This document shows positions 49,405 through 54,458 of a stretch of DNA of 54,458 nt, piece after piece (position 1 is the stretch's first letter; every line of letters begins with the position of its first letter). Below the pieces are notes generated by a model. The model saw nothing but the letters and a program-made list of their open reading frames with translations, was not told where the DNA came from and searched no databases. This stretch comes from Octopus bimaculoides (taxonomy: Eukaryota), in contig NC_068984.1 of the NCBI RefSeq assembly GCF_001194135.2, positions 51,710,834 through 51,765,291 on the forward strand, written 5' to 3'. Both the position numbers and the translations under genes were made by a program.

Positions 49405-49810
49405 GTACTTTTTGGTTATCTGACCCCTGTTAAAAAATTGGGTTATCGTCCCCAACTAATAAAAATTGTTTAACCCTCAATAAACAACAAAAGAAAAATT
49501 AAAAATTAAACATGAAAAGTGAAAAGATTAAACATCTTATTGAATCTGATATTTTTATAACAGATCATACGAAGCTGAAAAAATTGATAAACATGAAAAC
49601 TGGAAAAAATTAAACATCTTATTGAATCTAATAACATTTTTATAACAAATTATGCCATGCCTGTTCAGGAGGCCCGAAGTCAACAATGTGTTGAAGTATT
49701 GAATCAAAAGGATCTAACACTTTATCCAATCTCCTATCGCCACAAAAACTCAGCTTTTTAGTGGGGAGATAACCCAATTTTTTAATGGAAGTGAGATAAC
49801 CAAAAAGTAC
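49405..49810. mobile_element. Foldback/MITE-like element with ~57-bp imperfect inverted repeats and internal ~81-bp tandem repeat
   Basis: gtactttttggttatctgacccctgttaaaaaattgggttatcgtccccaactaa at 49405 versus the reverse complement of 49755-49810, gtactttttggttatctcacttccattaaaaaattgggttatctccccactaaaaa. Confidence 0.7.
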
Positions 49811-50059
49811 TGGAGTGTTTTTTTCGGTAAAAAATATATTTTTAAAAATTGTCAGTATTTTGAGAGGGATATTTGTCAGTTGTTTCTAGCACATCCCAAG
49901 ACAACCCTCCTCATTTCTTTCTCGTTCTCGAATGTACTGTTTTTCAATATTTTTCTCCCCATAAATATATTTATATGCTATGACAAAAATTTTTTTAGAT
50001 TATGATTTTTTTTTTGCAGCCCACTCCCTGACCCCGATTGTTTCTGTTTGTAAATTATG

Positions 50060-51339
50060 AATTTATATGAATACTCGTGAATATGTACTCTCGATATGTC
50101 AATGATATCAACGTAGTGGTAAAAGACACCCCCACAAGAGAGTACTCTTGAAATAGAAATAGAAACTAAAAGTATGGAGAGCATCCAGCAAATAGCTAAC
50201 TCCATCCACCAGAGTATTAAGGTTACGATAGACTACCCTACTAAACACCCTAACCATAAATTATCTGTACTAGATACTGAACTCTGGCTAGAAACTGAGA
50301 ATAATAAAACCCGAATCCTTCATACACACTATGCAAAACCTATGGCCTCCAAATACCTGATCCACCGGAACTCAGCTATTGCGGACAATGCCAAATTCAA
50401 TATATTGATGGCAGACCTCGTCAGAGTAATGCGAAATGTGTCCTGCATGTGCAATCCTACAGAGTTAAAGAGACATATACAACATTTCGTTCACCGCATG
50501 CAGTTCTCAGGTTACAGCCATAAAGAAAGGATCAGAGTATANNNNNNNNNNNNNNNNNNNNNNNNNNNNNNNNNNNNNNNNNNNNNNNNNNNNNNNNNNN
50601 NNNNNNNNNNNNNNNNNNNNNNNNNNNNNNNNNNNNNNNNNNNNNNNNNNNNNNNNNNNNNNNNNNNNNNNNNNNNNNNNNNNNNNNNNNNNNNNNNNNN
50701 NNNNNNNNNNNNNNNNNNNNNNNNNNNNNNNNNNNNNNNNNNNNNNNNNNNNNNNNNNNNNNNNNNNNNNNNNNCGTCGACACCACCCCTAGAGGCGAAC
50801 TGGTGTACCGCTTTAGAAGGGCCCTAGACAAACTTAAGCTAAGAATTAAGGTTGTTGAAAGGCCAGGCAACTTTATCAAATCCCTTATCAGTAGAACATA
50901 CTCTTTTAGTAGAACCCCCTGCACTGATAGGAACTGTACTGTATGTAGATTTAGCCCACAAACAAACTGTAAAACCAGAAATGTGGTCTATAGTATAAGA
51001 TGTACAGAGGGATGATGCAGTAACAAGACAATGACGTATGTAGGGGAAACAGCACGGAGCATAGGAGAGCGGGTAAATGAACATTAGGGGGAACTTAAGG
51101 AAGAGAAGAGCTCATCAGTTCTATACCAGCACACTGAGCAGGAACATGGAGGCTCACTCAACAACATAGAAATTAAAATCTTGTCCACACATAGCACAGA
51201 TGCAGCACTTAGACAAATTACAAAAGCTACACACATAATAGAAGATAAACCTAGCCTGAATAGGAAACTGGAATGGAACACTAACACACACCTCCAACAA
51301 ACCACAACGTATGACAATAAATTCCCCATAAACCGATAA
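50060..51339 (+). mobile_element. Penelope-like retroelement (RT C-terminal part, Cys4 linker, GIY-YIG endonuclease), 5'-truncated and decayed
   Basis: MYSRYVNDINVV at ~50080-50118 (YVDD-like); after a frameshift, SIHQSIKVTIDYP...LSVLDTELW...YAKPMASKYLIHRNSA (PLE thumb region); FVDTTPRGEL; CTDRNCTVCRFSPQTNC; VVYSIRC..C..TYVGETARSIGERVNEH..H..H; LNRKLEW. In-frame stops at 51013 and 51085; 233-N gap inside. Confidence 0.9.
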
Positions 51340-51599
51340 CAATATGAACAAAATATAATACAATACATAGATAAACAAATGGAATTAAATACTACATACG
51401 TTAACAAAATTAAATTAAATACAAAAAAAAACAAAAAAAGTAGGTATAAACACATGAACAAATAAATAAATAAAAACAAAAATAACCGAACATGTATTAA
51501 CAGAGGATATAGATAATACAGGCACTCCCCATACACACTTACAAAACATAGACACATACAATAGGAATATAAACTACAAAATGGCTGATAGTTAGCAAG

Positions 51600-52050
51600 G
51601 TGCCGATTTATAGTAGCTTACTTTTCGACTTATTTTAGAACGTTGTTGAGTCTATAAAATAGGATTTGACTACACCTCCATTTAGAGCACAGTTTAAGCT
51701 ATCTTTTCATGGAAGAAGGTTTATGTTCCTATAACCTGTGTTAATTTTGTAACCCTTTAAAATGGAAGATAAGAAAGTTTATTTTCAGCACTTGATGCTT
51801 TTCTTTTTCCATAAAGGGAAAAATGCCTCAAAAGCAACCAAAGAAATATGCACAGTTTACGGTGATGTTTCTTTATCCGAAAGAACTGTACGGAAGTGAT
51901 TCGCAAGGTTCTGAGCTGGAGATTGTAGCCTTATTGATAAAGAGCGATCAGGCAGCCCATCCACTACAGATAATGACAAAATAAAGTCATTAAGTATTTG
52001 ACCATTTCTTTCCTTTAAAAATTGGCATGAACTTTCCGGACAACCCAATA
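51600..52050 (+). mobile_element. Mariner-family transposon, internally deleted derivative
   Basis: ATG 51762: MEDKKVYFQHLMLFFFHKGKNASKATKEICTVYGDVSLSERTVRK*FARF*AGDCSLIDKERSGSP (mariner HTH region). Then jumps directly to 3' TIR catgaactttccggacaacccaaTA. Confidence 0.85.
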
Positions 52051-52899
52051 TGTATGTGTAAAGATTGAGGAGGACTGGTGCAATGCCCATGACTTTTGCA
52101 TGTCCTTGCAGTGGTCATATTAATATTCTTTCTGTACATTTTGAAGAATTGAAATGCAAAATGGTTGAATAAACCCGACAAAAAATAAATAAATCAATCA
52201 ATTGCTAATTAAAAATCATGTTGACGTTATACCCATTTTTGGTAATTATTTTCTTTTAATCATAAATTCTGACTTCATTTTTCTGGTTTTTAAAAACAAT
52301 ATTGATTTCATTTGAGAAAAAAAGCACAGCCTCTTTTTATTTTTGTTAGGAAGAATCACATATAGATATTTTAATACTAATTTTTTTTTTAAGCAGATTG
52401 AATTGAACCAGGAGTTTAGAAGTATAAAATGTAAAAATGGGGAAATTTTTAGTCTGGCATTCTTGTACTTTTACCAACTCACTGATCTTCCTTTGAATAA
52501 TATTGATTTTTTTTTATAGATAAATTGCTTTAGATTTACAGGGTGAATGGAAGTAAAACTGTGTGATAATTGTTTTTCTAATGAGTTAACAGTGTAGTTG
52601 TTATAATCAGGAATTGGAAACCAATTGTGTATTCAAGTCACTGGAACTTAACTCTATAGAGTAATAGTTAATGAAACAATATAAAGATCTAGCTCAATTG
52701 AATATTGACTCTTTCCAAATAGTCACAAGAAGGGTGTAATCAATTAAATTAGCCAAATGGATAATTGATATAAATTTTATCAATCTTGGAATAATGAAAA
52801 GCAAAGTCAGCCCTGACAGAATTTTGAACTCAAGAACATTGAAAGATAAGACTTATCACTGTTAGTCACACTTCAGTCACATACCTATCTTCAATAACA

Positions 52900-53265
52900 T
52901 CGTCATCATTTAATGTCTTTTCTATACTGGCATGGGTTGGACGGTTTGACAGGAACTGGCCAGCTGAAGAGCTGCCCAGGCTCTTTGTCTGTTTTGGCTT
53001 GGTTACTATGGCTTGATGCTCTTTCTAACACCAAACACTTTATAGAGTGTATTGGGTGCTTTTACACGGCACTGGCATGGGTGTTTTTTTTTTTACATGG
53101 CACCAACACCCATGAACCTACAAGATTAAGATCTCTCAGCTCTCTGAAGCAGGATGTAGGGAGCATTCCTGTATGTGAGGGTAGCCACAAATTTACTTAT
53201 CTTGATATGTCTTCTCAAGCACAGCAAACTGCCAGAAGTTTCAGTCCCTTGTCTTCCCATCTGTG
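52900..53265 (-). repeat. RTE 3'-tail-derived repeat
   Basis: cttgatgctctttctaacaccaaacactttatagagtgtattgggtgcttttacacggcactggca...tgatatgtcttctcaagcacagc, reverse-homologous to 10500-10860. Confidence 0.6.
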
Positions 53266-53959
53266 AGGGCCATCATCAGAAGATCCTTTCAGACAGAGAA
53301 CTCTATACTTCAAGTAAGTGGTTAAATAGCTGGTGAAATGTTCTTTTGCTCTAACTCAGCCCTCATCAGAGGCAACCTGGTCATAAAATTCTGTCTTTTA
53401 GATGTAGAGGATTAGGACTATAGTATCTGTTTTCCCTAATTTAAAACGATAGGGTGTGATTTGAAAAACTACTACAGACTAGTCATAAGCTTCTAATATA
53501 TCAGTGAAATATATATATATTTATGTTTTAATTCCAATATATATTTATATGTGTATGCATGTATTAGAAGTCTGTGTTCAAAGAGCATGGTATAGTTAAT
53601 TGTATTACCCTTTGTAATTTAGTATTTGTTGTATTGATCCCAGATAAATTGTATGTGGAGATAACCCTGATAGCATTTTAACCCAAAAGCATAAAATTAG
53701 ATACTAATACTGTTTCTGTATTTTGTTTGTTTTTTTTTCCAACTTACTACTTTAATTCAAGTAAATCCATTTGAGGAGAAGAATGAGTTTTTTATGATAT
53801 TCATGTCTATTTTTTTAAGGCATTGATGAAATAATTTGACTACAGTGAAATAACCTGAAATTAAAACCAAGTTATTGATTAGATTCATTAGTTATTTATC
53901 CAATAGCATTCACCAATTTAACTGAATATTGATTTTTTTTTTTTTTTTTGTTAGATACA

Positions 53960-54008
53960 ATGGCAAATGTTTGTTGGAGATATGTCCTTAATCGGGCTGT
54001 ACTTTTAA
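53960..54008 (+). CDS. Candidate first coding exon of a divergent gene (exon 53955-54008), product unknown
   Basis: Long polypyrimidine tract + gttag| acceptor, acaATGG context, MANVCWRYVLNRAVLL, donor a|gtaatt. No homology recognised. Confidence 0.3.
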
Positions 54009-54021
54009 GTAATTATTAAGC

Positions 54022-54192
54022 GCAGGCATGCCTGTTTGTTGAGAAATTCGCTTCCCAACCATGTAGTTTTGAGTTCAGTCCTACTGCACAGCACTTTAGG
54101 CAAGTGTCTTCTACTATACCCTGCAGGCTGGCCAAGGCCTTGTGAGTGGATATGGTTGACGGAAATGAAAAGAGACTGTCGTGTGTGTTTGT
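54022..54192 (+). mobile_element. SINE family B
   Basis: gcaggcatgcctgtttgttgagaaattcgcttcccaaccatgtagttttgagttcagtcc...gtgtcttctactata...ggaaatgaaaagag, with a TG tail. Confidence 0.75.
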
Positions 54193-54458
54193 TTCCTTAC
54201 ATCTTCAATCACTTGTATGGAAGTGTGACAAGGTGTTGTCAGTTTTCTGTTAAATTGTTTAGTCATTTTGTGTCAGATGTGTGGAAAGGAGATCTTTTAC
54301 AAGAAAAGTAGTTTAGGGATAGAATCAGGAAGGGCATCTAGCTGTAAAACAATACTTCGAAATAACATCTGCCTTACCCATGGAAAAACAGCTATAAAAC
54401 AAATGAACTAATGGCAGAACTACAGAGTTCTGAACTGGTACTGCTAGTTTATTACATT

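Noticed and set aside
51013-51015. In-frame TGA in the PLE endonuclease read as selenocysteine (as in some Naiad PLEs)
   Set aside because: It aligns to Ala in the second copy (CIEGAC versus CTEG*C), not to a conserved Cys. A TAG stop follows at 51085, and the endonuclease is C-terminal, unlike Naiads. This is ordinary decay.
51084-51557. 157-aa hydrophobic minus-strand ORF
   Set aside because: Antisense translation of the A-rich PLE 3' region; the hydrophobicity reflects T-rich codons.
53335-53375. Second hammerhead on the minus strand (ctgatgag ggct gagttag agc aaaag)
   Set aside because: CUGAUGA and a short stem II are visible, but the essential GAAA and stems I/III are not intact. At most a decayed relic.

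Overview
AT-rich animal genomic DNA with four N-gaps (20305-20315, 27718-27880, 49272-49342, 50542-50774). The SINE/RTE/Penelope repeat families resemble those I recall from Octopus; this taxonomy is inferred, not checked. Two convergent protein-coding genes can be reconstructed exon by exon. (1) A + strand, 3-coding-exon gene (5270-13524, 332 aa) encodes a four-TM PMP22/claudin-superfamily-like protein whose first loop is long, cysteine-free and carries two furin-type sites. (2) TRAM1 on the - strand has 13 coding exons (45191-18096, 370 aa), all with GT-AG splice sites and consistent phase. The rest is dense with mobile DNA: RTE, CR1/L2-like and L1/Tx1-like LINE fragments, two diverged Penelope-like (PLE) fragments, Tc1, mariner and hAT remnants, TTAA- and TA-flanked MITEs, and several tRNA-derived SINE families. 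The most interesting object is a ~700-bp insertion in TRAM1 intron 6 (27420-28142). It holds two head-to-head copies of a unit made of a tRNA-like Pol III head, an (AAT)n tract and a minimal type I hammerhead ribozyme, flanked by a 14-bp target-site duplication. It looks like a ribozyme-bearing SINE mobilised by Penelope-like elements. A CpG-retaining domain (~41-52 kb) surrounds the TRAM1 5' end, and a candidate first coding exon of a divergent + strand gene lies at 53955-54008. All family assignments come from motif recognition by eye; no database searches were run.
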